Source: Felis catus
Lineage: Eukaryota
Assembly: GCF_018350175.1 (NCBI RefSeq)
Contig: NC_058368.1
Location: forward strand, 26,538,001-26,602,000
Length of the DNA stretch: 64,000 bases
Direction: 5' to 3'
Shown: in pieces, positions 26,981-40,065 of the stretch
Position numbering within the stretch: position 1 is the stretch's first letter
How the letters are laid out: each line of letters begins with the position of its first letter
Translations under genes and position numbers: made by a program
The notes under the pieces: generated by a model
Told to the model about the DNA's origin: nothing
Database searches by the model: none
Seen by the model: only the letters and a program-made list of their open reading frames with translations

Positions 26981-27479
26981 TTACATAGAATTTTACCGGC
27001 TGGAAAAGGGAGCAGGGGAGGGGGAAAGAAATACACTGAGCCAGAAAAACATACTTCTTAATTTAGAGAAACTTAATTATAATCTAAGATAAATAAACTT
27101 TTTAGAATATTCATTTGATGGTGATGTTGGATGATGGGTTTGGGTGAAGGATCAGAGGAGATGGGAAATGTCCCTTCCCTAGGTTCTCTGACTCAGGCTC
27201 AGACAGATAACACCTAGCCAGCTGTTCAGCATTTATTCCCACATGGGCCTCTGGTTCTGGACCTTTGCCTTGGTTCTTGGGTATATTAAATAGTTAGTGA
27301 CCAATACAGCATAATGGAGAACATTATTGTACTTAAATTGTTCAGCAAAATATAAAATGAATGACACAGAATAGGGCAATTGACAATAAGTGTTCAATTG
27401 TATCATAAAAACCACATGTAACTAAATATTGGTAGTTGCCACCCTCTGAGCTCTCTGCCACTTGCGACAGCCACTGTCC

Positions 27480-28995
27480 TTGAGTGAGTCTTAGTGCTCC
27501 TGAGAGTCCTGTCCTGGGCCCTATTCTCTTTTCACTCTATCCATTGCTCCCTGACTTAACATATGATCCATATGCTGATGGGTTCCAAGTGTATTTCTAG
27601 CCCCAGCACTCTCTCCAGTTCTTCTGACTTCTAAATTCAAATGCCCACTAATCATCTTCAGTTGGCTGGGCCAAAGACACTTCAAACTCATTCCTCCAGT
27701 GTCCATCCAGATTGCACCTCCTTTTCTGTTCCCTACTTCAACAATGGCAATGTTGTCTAAACTGGGAGCTAAAAGCCTGGGCACCATTCTTGACTTCCAC
27801 ACTGAAATGCCTTTGGCCACCAAGTCCTGTTGATTCTGCCTCCCAAATCAATTCTTGAATTTATTGATTTGCCTCCCCCTCCCCCATTCTGTACTATCCT
27901 AGTTTATTATTTACTGCCTGGATTATGTGACCATTTCCCACCCAGTCTCCATGATCCAGTCTTGGCCCCTTCCAAATCATGCTCCACAATACAGCCATAG
28001 CAATCTTTTGAAATTCGATAATGTCCTTCCATTGCTTAAAAGCCTTCAATGCCTCCCCAGTACATTAGTCCAAAGTCCTTTCTGTGGTTACAAGGCTCAT
28101 CTTGGCTTGGCTCTGTTCACTTCTCCAGCTGCTTCTCTTATCCTTTATCCCATGTATGTTATTCTGTAAAAACACTTAGCTTCATTTAGTTCTGGGACCC
28201 AGCATGTTTAACTTTGTATTGGGATTTTTTGCACATACTATTTATAGAGATAATTTTACCACTACCACCCCTCTTCTTTCCCCTCTTTTTCTGGATTATT
28301 CAGTTTCAATGTTATTTTTTTTTTCAAGAAGACATCCCCCAATTCCTCAGTGTGGGTTTAGCTGCCCTGTCATATACCCTCTGAAGTGGGTTTAAGGATG
28401 CCCCCCTAAATGTCCATATCTGAATTCCCAGAATCTGTGAATGTTACTTTATTTGGAAAAGGGCTCTTTGCAGAGGTAGTTAAGGATTTTGAGATGAGAT
28501 CATGCTGGATTATCCAGGTGGGCTCTAAATACACTGAGAAGTGTCATTATAAGAAACACAGAAAGAAGGAGGAAGATGTGAGAAGGAGACAAAGATTGAG
28601 TGATGCGGCTACAAGCCAAGGAAAGCCCAGAGCCACCAGAAACTGAAAGAGGCAAGGGAAGATTCTTCTCCAAAGCCTTCAGGGGAAGTGTGGTCCTGTC
28701 AACACCTTGATTTCGGTATTCTATTATCCAGAACTATGAGAGAACAAATTTGTTGCTGTAAGCCACCAGGTTTGTGGTAATTTGTTACAGCAGCCCTAGG
28801 AACTAATACATCCTTCCCTTGCTTCTATGATGCCTCTTTTCACAGTGCTTCGAAGTGGCCTCTTTATGCGACTGCCTTCCTAACTTGCAATAAGCTTCAT
28901 TAAGGCATGGGTTTGTTTATAAGCATATTCCCAACACTTGCTCAGGACCTGGTACAGATTAAGCAACCGATAATCATTTGATGTGTGAATGAAGC
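27480..28995 (+). mobile_element. L2 LINE, interrupted by an MLT1 LTR
   Basis: Pyrimidine-rich L2 body ('tgtcctgggccctattctcttttcactctat', 'ccattgcttaaaagccttcaatg') and 3' end 'ggacctggtaca...tgtgtgaatgaa'. Confidence 0.75.
28382..28810 (+). mobile_element. MaLR solo LTR (MLT1C/D-like)
   Basis: 'tgtgaatgttactttatttggaaaagggctctttgcaga', 'caagccaaggaa', end 'gtaatttgttacagcagccctaggaactaataca'. Confidence 0.9.
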
Positions 28996-29458
28996 ACTGT
29001 TGGCTGATACACAGTAGACTTGGTGGAGGAGATGGACTTGAGCTGCTCTGACAAAATGGGCAGCATTTGGGTGACATTGCGATGGAACAGTTACAGGAAC
29101 TACATCAATGAGGGTCTAGAGATAAGAACGAGAGTAATACGTGGACTCATAGAGACTGACATGACAGGACGGGGCTCCTAAAATACAGCTGGGTGAGCAG
29201 TAAGGTGAACTAATAGGACCTACTCCTGCAGGCCAGAACTTCCCTAGAGGGTGTGCTCAGCATCTTTGTGTGCCGGGAAGGGGTCCCGGTTTTCCGTAAC
29301 ATCTGTTCCCCCCATTATGGCTGGCCGGGGTCTGCGGCTTCAGAGCATCCCACTGTAGCACACGGACACCGCTATGCTCTTTGTGGGCCATGCTAAAAAA
29401 AGACTAGGAAATACTTCTAAGGTGAGGAGTCATTGAAGCTTCTCGAACTGAAACAGGA

Positions 29459-29632
29459 TAGGGTCAGCTACATAATTTGTGAGCCCCAGTGCAAAATAAA
29501 ATTGATGGCCTCCGGCTCAAAAATCATAAACAATTTCAAGATGCCAATAGGAGAGCATTAAACCGGTACAGATCCTTCTAAGTGTGGGGTCTGGTCTAAT
29601 TGCCAGATCTCACACCCCTGAAGCCAACCCTG
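29459..29632 (-). mobile_element. hAT-Tip100 MITE (MER45A-like)
   Basis: 'gtcagctacataatttgtgagccccagtgcaaaataaaa...tttcaagatg...gagcattaaacc...aagccaaccctg'; homologous to 8292-8433. Confidence 0.8.
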
Positions 29633-30290
29633 ACCGGGAAAGATTTGCTGAAGGTGGGTATGAAGTCACTGTGTGAAATGGGTTGAACGAGTAGGGGATA
29701 TAACAGGGGGATGCGGTAAGAGGCTCCTGCGATAAACGAGGAAGGTGGAGGTGATGAGGTTCTTGGTTCAGGTGGTTTCACAGAAGTACAAAGGGAAGAA
29801 AAAGGCAAATCTGAGAGGTAAGAGATGACACGCACTCACAGTCAGGGGTGCTTCAGGGTCTCTCCAGATTTCTCAGAGCAGAGGAAGCATCAGGGAGCCC
29901 TCGAGGAAATGGGGAACATTAGTGTGTCATTGACCCTGTACTGCCCGGGAGCTATCTCAGACAGGACTGGCCATTTTACTCCACAAAGGAACCACATACA
30001 GACATCAGACCTAATAACTTCCTGACTTTAGTTAGGATGCAAAAGGAAGAGGGAGAGAGGACAAAGCCTACAATACTTCTGGGGGCCAGAATGGGGGCGA
30101 GGGTGAGGAGTGGTGGGGACTGTCACAAGCTCCGGACTGTCCACAGGTGCACATGGTTATGTGGGAACACAAGGGCATGGTGGCCAGAGTTTCAGACCTT
30201 AAGGGAGAAGCTAAAGATCCAGAATTGTGAAATCTTTCTCAATTTTTAAGAGTTGACAACTAAGTTACATATATATGTAAATTCTTGAAA

Positions 30291-30294
<4 letters not shown>

Positions 30295-30340
<46 letters not shown>
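30295..30340. repeat. (AC)23 microsatellite
   Basis: Seen directly. Confidence 0.98.
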
Positions 30341-30348
<8 letters not shown>

Positions 30349-32291
30349 TGTACATATATATATTGTAAGCTGAACCATACCATACACACTCATGGGCCAG
30401 ATCTGGCTAATGCGACTCAGCTTGCAGCCTCTGCATAGGACACGGCAGGTAAGAACCAGAGCTGGGCTCAAATCCTGCCTCTGCCTCTTGATCGGAAGGG
30501 CCCTTCTAAGTCTCACCCTTCTATATAACGGGGATGATTGTGGTAGCTACCTCTTGGAGTAGTGGTGAGGTTTAAATGACATCCTTTAGGTAAGGCACAG
30601 ATGATGGTAACCGATAAGTACATCAATGTTGGCTGTTGCTGTTTTTAAGCACCCACTACATGCCAGGTTCTGTGCTGTGTACTTTATATATTCTATTTTA
30701 TTTTGTGCTCACAACCATGCTTTCAAATAGGTTTTATTATAGTATACTCATCTCCCATAGGTGGGGTGGAAAGAAAGGCTCAGATATCCAAATTCACTTG
30801 CCTCAAATCACAGACTCTGAGTCTGAGCAAGAATTCTAATATTAAAATTTCCGCTTCCAAAGGTATTGCTTTTTAAGCAGTGTCTCTTACCCATACTGAC
30901 TCTTGTGTTCTATTTTGGAGGTTTTTAGAAAGACTGTTCTAGCCAACAGTACTTTTCAAGGAAAATTTAGTAACAAAACAAACTCTAAAAAGAAATAAAG
31001 CTCTCCCTCTCACCCTCCCAACTCAAACACACAAATGCTCAAAACAAAAGTAATGAAAGCTGCCAGTGCATTTTCTCCCCCATCCAGTGGACTCTTAAAT
31101 AACATTGTTTGGGGGAACACATTATTCTTTGTATTTTCCCAATTCCTCAGGACAACCACTGCATTCCTATCCTGCCTCAGAGGTGAAGAAGTTGACGACA
31201 GCATAATGGATAAGGGAGCTATGTACAGGCCCTAAGGCAAGAGATTAACAGGTAGGACTCCAGTGCCTTTATTGAGTAGACAAACTCTCTTGGGTCCACT
31301 CAGCAATGGTGACAGGTGTCAGAGCCAGGCACGGGGCCCTGGGGCCTCTGTGCCCTGGAAGGCAATTAGGTATTTGCTCAGTGGCCTATACTTTATGTAT
31401 ATCCTCCAGTCTGGCAAAGTGATCACTCCATCCCCTGCTACTCTTGAGGGGCTTTATACGCTGGAGCTATCTACCCAGGATCATCCAGCAAGCGATTTTA
31501 TTTTCTTAAAAAAAGGAAGCAAAAGGAAAGAAAAGATTTGCACTGTTTGTAGGTCTCAAAGTAGCAAGAATTTTAACTTGTTCCTGGAATAAATTCTGGC
31601 GCATTCGAAATGAGAGCGGATTAGGTAGGGGTGGGGGAGATCCCAGCTGGGCAAGGCAGAGTGATGAAATTCATGGCAAACAGCTTTGTTTGAGTCTTTT
31701 GACTATGGCCAAGCCAGTAGGGCTGAGAGCACGATGTTCTCAATAACAGCCTTGACAATAACATGATTTGTTTCCCTTCCAAAGCCGAAAATGGCATCTC
31801 AGCCTGCAAAGGAGAGCTTTCTTCTGAACCTGTGGGATGGGAGAGCTGATTTCATCCCTCAGAGTAGGAGATGAAGGCATTAAGCGGAGCAGACTCAAAT
31901 CAAAATGTCATCTGACCATAACACTTGCCTAAACAATACATATTTTATTTTGTTTTGGAGGAACTTCTCTTCAGTCTTTTTATGGGTAGGATTTCAGACT
32001 AGGATGTCCTTCTTCCCTAACCACCAGAGTGAAATTGAATATTGCCTCAGTCCAAGGGTACACATCTGCATCATTTTCGTATTTCACAGCAGAAACTAAG
32101 TTCTGAAGCTTGACCCAACCCAGCTATTTTGAAGGCCCTGAGCTGATACCTACCTAAATGGTTTTCCCTTCTTCACACTTTTCTGGGTTCTTTCAGAGAA
32201 TTGGGAAGATGTAAAGTAAACTTCAGTGCTTTCTCAAAAGGGCAAACTAAAAGCTAATAGGGGTTTATGCCGTTAAGAAAAATAATGGCCT

Positions 32292-32399
32292 AAGGATGTC
32301 TGAGTGGCTCAGTCAGTTAAGCGCCTGACTCATGATCTCACACAGTTGTGGGATTGAGTCCCACACTGGACTCCATGCTCAGTGTGAAGCCTGCTTGGG

Positions 32400-32433
<34 letters not shown>

Positions 32434-32460
32434 CCCCTCTCTCTCAAATAAAAAATAATA
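32292..32460 (+). mobile_element. Carnivore SINE with short internal deletion
   Basis: 'tgagtggctcagtcagttaagcgcctgact|catgatctc', (CT)n tract, A tail. Confidence 0.9.
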
Positions 32461-33701
32461 ATAATGTTAGCCAGCAGTTAATAATGATTGCAAGTGATTG
32501 CAAATCTCTTGAGCTGCATCACCGCTACAGATAGAAATATGCGAGGTTCCCATATTTCTCCATCATTGGAAAGCATGGACTAAACTCAGTTCTGGCCCAA
32601 AGTAGTGCTCTAGTCCTCCAGGGAAACAATAAATCACCAAAGACATGGTCCCTCCCCTCACTGAAATTCCAGTAGAAAGCAAAACCAGTCACATACATTC
32701 ATCTACCTGGGAAAGGCAGGCACAAACTCCAAGGTGAGCACTGTGCAAGTTCATTTTTAAATCAATGGCTTGAATTTAGATCGCATTTGCCAACGTAAAT
32801 TATAACCTAAAGGTTGAGTAAGTTCTCGAGCTGCCAAACCACAGCCCATTTACTTATTCAGACAAGTGTAGGATTTATCCTCCTTTTGCAACTTTGTTTC
32901 TATGGACTAATGAATGGATCTCCATGGTCTTCATAGTAAATCACAGAAGCTCCACGTCACCATCCTGTGGGAGGGAATGTTCCCTCCTCTCTCCTTTTAC
33001 TAAGCTTCAGCTTTTTAAGAGTTCCAGTGGGGGTGAGAAACTGGTACCTGGTTATTGGTGGGAGCAGTGAGTGGTAGGTGCCTTGGGTGAAGACGGAAAA
33101 GCAGGGAGGCCTCCAGGACGTTAAGGGAGCCGTTCCTCTGTAGGAAGGAGTTTCCATCCCCGCTGCAGCATTTCTTAGTAGTGGCCGCAGGCAACACTGT
33201 TCTGATGAGTCCCTCGGCCTTCAGGGACCCTTTGAAACTCAGTTTCCACACCTGGAAAACAAGAACAACAACAATAATAAATGATGCTTCCTTCATGGGA
33301 TTGTGAAGATAAGGAGAGGGGAGATGAGAAAACACCTAATACAGTGTGCTGTCACAGAACTGGCATTCAGGAAATATTGAATCTGGATCTGTTAGAAAAA
33401 AGGACAACACATACAAAAGTATAAACAAATGCAGATACATTGAATGCAAACTGCTTCTCTAGGGCTGAGAAATAGATGTGGAATCATTTGCATATGGGGC
33501 AATTTGTGGGCTGGCAGGTAAAGCTACTCAAGGAAACTCTGAGAAACTTGCATGTGGATGCCTCTCTACAAGACATATCTCTTAACATAGGCAGGCTTTT
33601 TGAGGTCTTCATGACGGTCTTGGATTGATCAGGGCTTCTGTGTGGGGCTCCTGGCTCTGCATCTGTCCCTGCTGATAAGAGGGAGCTCAGCCCCACCCTT
33701 G

Positions 33702-33885
33702 TAGAGTTGCAGATTTAGCAAGTAAAAATACAGAATGCTCAGTTAAATTAGAATTTCAAATAAACAATGAAGAATTGTTTAGTATGTCTTATGCAATATT
33801 TGGCATGCACTTATACAAAAAAAAAAATCCATTGTTTATTTGAGATTGAAATCGAACTGAATGTCCTGCACTATATTTGTATCCC
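33702..33885. mobile_element. MER53 palindromic MITE
   Basis: 'agttgcagatttagcaagtaaaaatacag...cagttaaattagaatttcaaataaacaatg' pairs with 'cattgtttatttgagatt...aactgaatgtcctg'. Confidence 0.85.
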
Positions 33886-34904
33886 AGCACCTCATTTTGT
33901 AAGGGCCCACAGGTGAACTCCACAGGATACTCACACTAACAGGTAGTTAAGAGGAATTAACTACACCCTGGGAGGTTGGATTGATTCAGGAAAAATAGCA
34001 AGCGCAAGGTGGAGGGACACAAAAGGTGTCTGTTAGAAAAGCTCTATCAGGATGCCCTCTCCTCAACTCCCCTGTTTGCATCAGGGGCTCTCTTCGCACA
34101 AGCACCAGGACTGATGCTCCTATGCTGTGGAAGCTTGGGGAATTTGGCCCCAAGTGGGAAATGTTGTCTGCCCCGGATAAGGACCTGAAAGAAAATACAT
34201 GTGAGCACAGGTCAGGAATCCTCTAGATTCCAGTCAGTCCTCTGCCTCAGAGTCAGATCTTATAGCATCAAATCCACTGCTCCTCTCAGCACCCACTGTT
34301 TTTATGTTTCTCTGATGGACACAAGAACCTTTCATTAGCCCTCTGCTCTGTGTGGTGACTCAGCTTAGTAAAGTCTTAGGGTAACAACATGGTGTGAAGA
34401 GAAGGATATGAAGAGGCAAAAAGAACATTAAAAAAATAAAAATAAATGGTATCACTGACAAGTTTGGAGGGAGATGATGTTAGAAGAGCTGTAAAAGCAC
34501 TGATTTCTTAATCTTATATAGTGAGGAGTAAGCCAATGATATCAAAGCTGATGGAGCAAGATCTAAGCACATAATTTAGAGTTATACACACAATAGAAAA
34601 CTTAAAAATAGAAAAACTTAAAAACAATAATAAAAACCTAAAAAAAAAATAAAACTAACCACACTTAAGAAATGGGCAGGATGGTAAGAAAGTCAAAGAG
34701 AGTATAAGAAGTATTCATTGTTCATCTTTCAGAACATGAAGTAAACAAACAAACAAAAACCAAAAAGCCAACTATTTAAACCTTATAAATAAAGACATGT
34801 AAGTTTATCGGTTTAGCTTGTGATGGGCTATTCTGAGACAGCCAACACTGCCCAAATACTAAAACAATGATGTATTGTTTTGCTTATAAATCATGTCTCT
34901 GGCT

Positions 34905-35487
34905 GTGGCTGGCAGTCTCCAAGATGGCTCCCAGTGGTCCTGCCTCATGGTATGCACACCCCCGTGTACTCCTCTCCCACATGGTGCCAGAGTTGGTTTA
35001 TGTGACCAATCCAATGCTAGAGAAGTGATCCCATATAACTTCTGAGACTGGGTTTTAAAAGGCACAATGGCTTCCATTGTGGGCACGTGGCGTATCATTC
35101 TTTCTTGGATCACTTGTTTTGGAGGAAACTAGGTGCCATGTTGAGCTGCCCTGTGGAGAGGCACCTGTGGTGAGGAACTGAGACAGGCTTCCTGCAAATA
35201 GCCACGTGAGTGAGTCATCTTGGAAGCACGTCATTCATCCAGCACCAGTCAAGCCTTCAGATTGCTGCAGACTCGGTTGACCGCTTGACTATAGCCCTCA
35301 TGAGACCCTAAGCCAGAATCACCTTACTAAGTTGCTCCCGGATTCCTGACCCTCAGAAATTTTGTGAGATAGTAATATTTTAATCTAGTAAATAATTTTT
35401 AAAATATTTGTATGGCAATTGTTTTTATCTTAAGCTGCTGCTACATTTTAAAGCTATTTGTTACGCAGCAGTAGATAACTAATATAG
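34905..35487 (+). mobile_element. MaLR solo LTR (MLT1E/F-like), nested in older LTR/L1 remnants
   Basis: 'tgtggctggcagtctccaagatggctccca', 'tgccctgtggagagg', 'cagtcaagccttcaga', end 'ttgttacgcagcagtagataactaatata'. Confidence 0.88.
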
Positions 35488-36199
35488 TGGCTGTGAGTTT
35501 ACTGACATATAAGTTCTCATTATGAGACCCAGGAGAAAGGAATAGCCCCTAGAACACCTCTTCTCATTTCAGAGAAGAGCCAGCAGGTAGTGAAAACCCA
35601 CAAGGGTGTTAAATCTTCTGCTTAATTCTGGTGTACATGACTGATGCTCACCTTTCATTGGTTAAAGCAAGTACATGGTGAAGTCTGTTTATGGGGCATG
35701 TAGGGATAATCCTTCCACAAGAAGGCACTACCATAGGCAGGGATAGATAATTCCCTTACTAGGAAAGAGGACATCAATAGTTGGGAATTATAATACATTT
35801 GATCATAAAAGCGTAATGTTTTTGATAATATATGACTAAAATATCTCTGGAAGGATATTCAAGGAAATGAGAACATTGGTTGCTTTTAGGGGAAGAGATC
35901 TGGGTGTCTGAGGAATAAGGATGAGAGGGAGATTTTTCAATTATATGCCTTGTTGAATATTTTAAATGAGATCTAAGGAAATATGGCACCTAGTAAAAAT
36001 ATTTACCTAATTAAAATTTAAAGTGGAGAGTGTGAGGCTTCTGATTTGTATTCTGTTACTATTACAGAGGCACTAGAGGAACCACGAGTTACTTAAAGAA
36101 AGTGGAGCGAGGGGAAGGCAGGAGAAGTGAGACACTTAGATGTCAGGTTTAGGTTCTGTTAGTTATTATTATTATTCTCTTTTTAATAAAACAGACTCT

Positions 36200-36950
36200 T
36201 GCTTTGGAGTAGATGTACTTTTGCCTATTTCTTCACTAAGGACAACGAAAGTCCCTGGGCATTATATCTAAAATAAACATTACATGGTTTTGAAACACAG
36301 AAATCAGAAGGCAGGGCTGCTAGGCCCCCGGAGACCCAAGAAATGACACGGCCACGAGTTCTCTGCATTTTCTTTTTGCCTCAGATAGCCCAGACTTGGA
36401 ACCCAAGAAGCCAGCAACCCAGAAAGGCCAACAGGAGCCGACAACGATGGCAAAAAGCCCTCAGAAAAGCCTGCTTTCTCTAGCCAAAGGAAGGGGAAAG
36501 GAGTAGTCTGGAAAGACAGACAATTTTCAGGCATTAACTGCTCCTTCAGCCAAACACCACAGAAAAAGCTGTGGTCCCACTCCCACCCACGCCAGTGAAG
36601 AGCAGAAGAGCCTATACTTCTGACACTCGTGAGCCAGTATCAAGGTGTTCCCGAGCCCTCCACTGGGGGATTGGCAGAGAAGGCCACGTAGGGGCCAGGA
36701 CTTTCATCCCCACTGGCCTGTAAAGACATCCCCCCATCCCACCTCGCAGGGCCCGTGGAGATTACCCAGCAGTAGCAAGGAGCTCCCTCCCATGTGTCAA
36801 CAGAGGCCAAGTGGGGAACCTGGATTTCCACCTCCCCCTAGCAGTAACAAGGTAGTTCTCCATCCCCTACCCCCAAACCCTGCCACCTCCTGCAAGAACA
36901 GTATCAGAAAAAGCCACTTAAAAACAGAAGTTTAAATCAGCTCCAGAGTC
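36200..36950 (+). mobile_element. Probable old L1 5' region (L1MC/MD-type)
   Basis: GC-richer segment ('gacccaagaaatgacacggcc', 'cctgctttctctagccaaagga', 'gaagtttaaatcagctccagagtctcata') resembling remembered L1M 5' ends. Confidence 0.5.
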
Positions 36951-36984
36951 TCATATTTAGGTATGGTCTTCTATTTAGGTATAA

Positions 36985-37453
36985 ATCGAGTTTTCTCTCG
37001 ACTTCCCATGGCTGCTACAACAAATGGCCACAACTGGGTGGCTTAAGACAACAGAGAGTCATTCTCTCACATTTCTCAAGGCCAGGAGTCTGAAATACAG
37101 GTGCTGGCAGGGCAGCTTTCCTTCTGGAGGCTTTAGGGGATAATCTGTTCTTTGCCTCTTCCAGTGGCTAGTGGCAGTTGGCATTTTTTTTGACTTGTGG
37201 CCACTTCACTCCAACCTCTGTCTCCTTGACTACAACGTGTTCTCCTTTTCTATCTGTCTCCTCTGTGTATCTCTTATAAGGACACTTGTTGAATTTGGAT
37301 CCCACCTGATAATTCAGGACGATCTCCTCATCTGAGCATCCTTAACTTCATGACATTTGCAAAGACTCTTTTTCCGTAGAAGGTCACATTGATTTATTCC
37401 AATGATCAGGGTATGGGTATATCTTTTGAGAGAACACCATCCAACCCACTGTA
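36985..37453 (-). mobile_element. MaLR solo LTR (MLT1C-like)
   Basis: 'ggctgctacaacaaat...ctgggtggcttaagacaacag', 'tctcttataaggacactt', 'catttgcaaagactcttttt', end 'catccaacccact'. Confidence 0.88.
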
Positions 37454-37454
37454 A

Positions 37455-39065
37455 AGTTTAGCTCAGTTCTATCAAAATCTCAGCAAGATTTTTTAGACAT
37501 AGACAAGAGTATCCTAAAATTTATATGGAAAGGCCAAGAATTTAAAATAGCTGAAACAATTTTGAAAAGGAAGAATAAAATGAAAAGAATCAGTCTACCG
37601 AATTTCAAGACTTATAGCTGCAGTAATCAAGATTGTGTGATACTGGTGGAGGGATAGATAAGATGGACCAGTGGAACACAACAGAGGACCTAGGAATAGA
37701 CTCTCACAAACATGCCCTACTGGTTTTTGACAAAGATGGAAAAAAAAAAAAAGAAAAAGAAAAGAAAGGAAAAAAGAAGAAATTGTTATGGATCAATTAG
37801 ATATCCATAGGAAAATATATGAAACCCAACCGAAGTCTCACATTCTTTACAAAATTAACTCAAAATGGATCAGGAGCCTAAATGTAAAATATATAACTAT
37901 AAAACTACTAGGAAAAATAGGAAAATATCTTCAGGATCTATGAAAAAAGTTATTAAACTTGATGCCAAAAATATAATGTATAAAAGGAAAATTTGATAAA
38001 TCAGAAACCGTAAAAAATATGCTCTGTGAAGAGACCCTGTTAAGAAAAAGAAAAGACAAGTTATATCTTGGGGAGAAAATATTTCCAAGCCACATAGCTG
38101 ACAAAGGACTAGCGTCTAGTATCAACAAGGATCACTCACAACGGAACAGTAAAAAATCCCAAAGAATCCAGTTAGAAAATGGACAAAAGAGATGAAGAGA
38201 CATTTTACCGAGAAGAATACACAAATAGCAATAAACACATGAAAAAATGCTCAACACCATTAGCCAGACGGGAAATGAGAATTATAACCACAATAACTTA
38301 TTACTACCCACCTATCAGAATGGCTTAAATAAAAAAGAATGACAATACCAAATGATGGTGAGGATACAGAGACAATGGATGACTCTCACATTGCTGGTGA
38401 GAATGTAAAATGGTATGGCCATTCTGGAAAACAATTTGGCATTAAAAAAAAAAAAAAAGCCAAACATGTAAGTACCGTACGATGCAGCAATCACACCCTC
38501 AGGCATTTATCTGAGAGAAATTAAGAGTTAGGTTCACACAAAAACCTGTACATGAATATTTATAGCAGCCTCATTTTTAGCAGTCAAACTACAACTGCTG
38601 GAAATAACCCAAATGTCCTGTAGTATGTGAACAGTTAAACCAACTGTGATGCCTCCCTATCTTGGAATACCACTTAGCAATAAAAAGGAACAAACTATCA
38701 GGACACTCAATGGCCTGGAGGAATCTCCAGAGAATTGTGTTGAATGAAAAAAGCCAATCCCAAAAGGTTATAGACTGTATGACTGCATTTCTATAGTATT
38801 CTTGAAGTGACAAAGTTATAGGAATGGAGAATAGATTACTGATTTCCAGGGGTTAAGGGGAGGGTGGGAAGGAGGTGGGTGTAGCTATAAAAGGACAACA
38901 TGAAGGATCCTTGTCTTAACTGTACCCAAGTCAATATCCTCATTGATACTGTATTACAATGTTCCAAGATGTTAGCATTTCAGGAAACTGGCTAAAGGAT
39001 AAAGGGGACCTTTCTGTGTTATTTTTAAGAATTGCATGTAAATCTATAATTACCTCAAAAAGTTT
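37455..39065 (+). mobile_element. Degraded L1 (ORF2 3' part and 3' UTR, L1MC/MD-like)
   Basis: 'cctaaaatttatatggaa', 'aaaattaactcaaaatggatca', 'cacacaaaaacctgtacatgaatatttatagcagc', end 'tgcatgtaaatctataattacctcaaaa'. Confidence 0.9.
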
Positions 39066-39142
39066 CCTTGAAAAGCCTGAAACAAACTACAAGAAACCTG
39101 TATTTTTTAAATTACTTTTATAATAAAAAATAAAAATAAACA

Positions 39143-39350
39143 GGGGCACCTGGGTGGCTCAGTCAGTTAAGTGTCTGACTCTTGATTTCGGCTCAGGTCA
39201 TGATCTCTCAGTTGATGAGTTTAAGCCCCACATCAATCTCCATATTGATGGTGCAGACCCTGTTTGGGATTCTCTCTCTCCCTCTTTCTCTGCCCCTTCT
39301 TTGCTCTCTCTCCCCCCCACCCCAATAAATAAATAAACTTTTAAAAACAT
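39143..39350 (+). mobile_element. Carnivore SINE
   Basis: ggggcacctgggtggctcagtcagttaag head, CT tract, aataaataaataaac tail. Confidence 0.94.
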
Positions 39351-39518
39351 AAAATAAAAATAACCTACTGGGGAAATATATTTAACATAAATTACAAAAG
39401 GTTAATATTATTATTGTAACATGATCTTTATGTAATCATTAAGAATAGACAACTACATAGAAAAATAAAAGCTATGAACAAGTAACTCTCAAACTAAGAA
39501 ATGCAAATGGCCAGTAAG

Positions 39519-39606
39519 TAGTGTGACCATGAATTCCATTTGCCTCCCTTCTGGTTAGTGCCCCTTTTCATTCTTGACACACTCCAGATTGAACAATAAA
39601 CTGATA
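39519..39606. mobile_element. Probable hAT-Blackjack MITE remnant (MER94-like) inside an L1 fragment
   Basis: 'tagtgtgaccat...tagtgccccttttcattct...ttgaacaataaa' interrupts L1-like 'atgcaaatggccagtaa'. Confidence 0.5.
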
Positions 39607-39620
39607 AAAAGATGTGCACC

Positions 39621-40065
39621 TTTATTTTTTTTAATTTTTTAACGTTTATTTATTTTTTTTTAAGTTTTTTAAAAATGTTTTATTTATTTTTGAGACAGAG
39701 AGAGACAGAGCATGAACAGCGGAGGGTCAGAGAGAGAGGGAGACACAGAATCCGAAGCAGGTTCCAGGCTCTGAGCTGTCAGCACAGAGCCCGACGTGGG
39801 GCTCGAACCCACAGACCGTGAGATCATGACCTGAGCCGAAGTCGGACGCTCAACCGAGCCACCCAGACGCCCCTAACGTTTATTTTTGAGAGACAGAGTG
39901 TGAACAGGGGAGGGGCAGAGAGAGAGGGAGACACAGAATTGGAAGCAGGCTCCAGGCTCTGAGCTGTCAGCACAGAGCCTGACCTGGGGCTCAAACCCAT
40001 GAACCCTGAGATCATGACCTGAGCTGAAGTCAGACTCCTAACTGACTGAGCCACCCAAGTCCCCC
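39621..40065 (-). mobile_element. Carnivore SINE (outer, host of the nested SINE)
   Basis: Body 39874-40065 plus distal tail 39621-39651; TSD aaaagatgtgcacc (39607-39620) / aaaagatgttcacc (40066-40079). Confidence 0.93.
39652..39873 (-). mobile_element. Young feline SINE inserted in the tail of the outer SINE
   Basis: CpG-rich near-consensus body; perfect TSD taacgtttattt (39640-39651 / 39874-39885). Confidence 0.95.
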
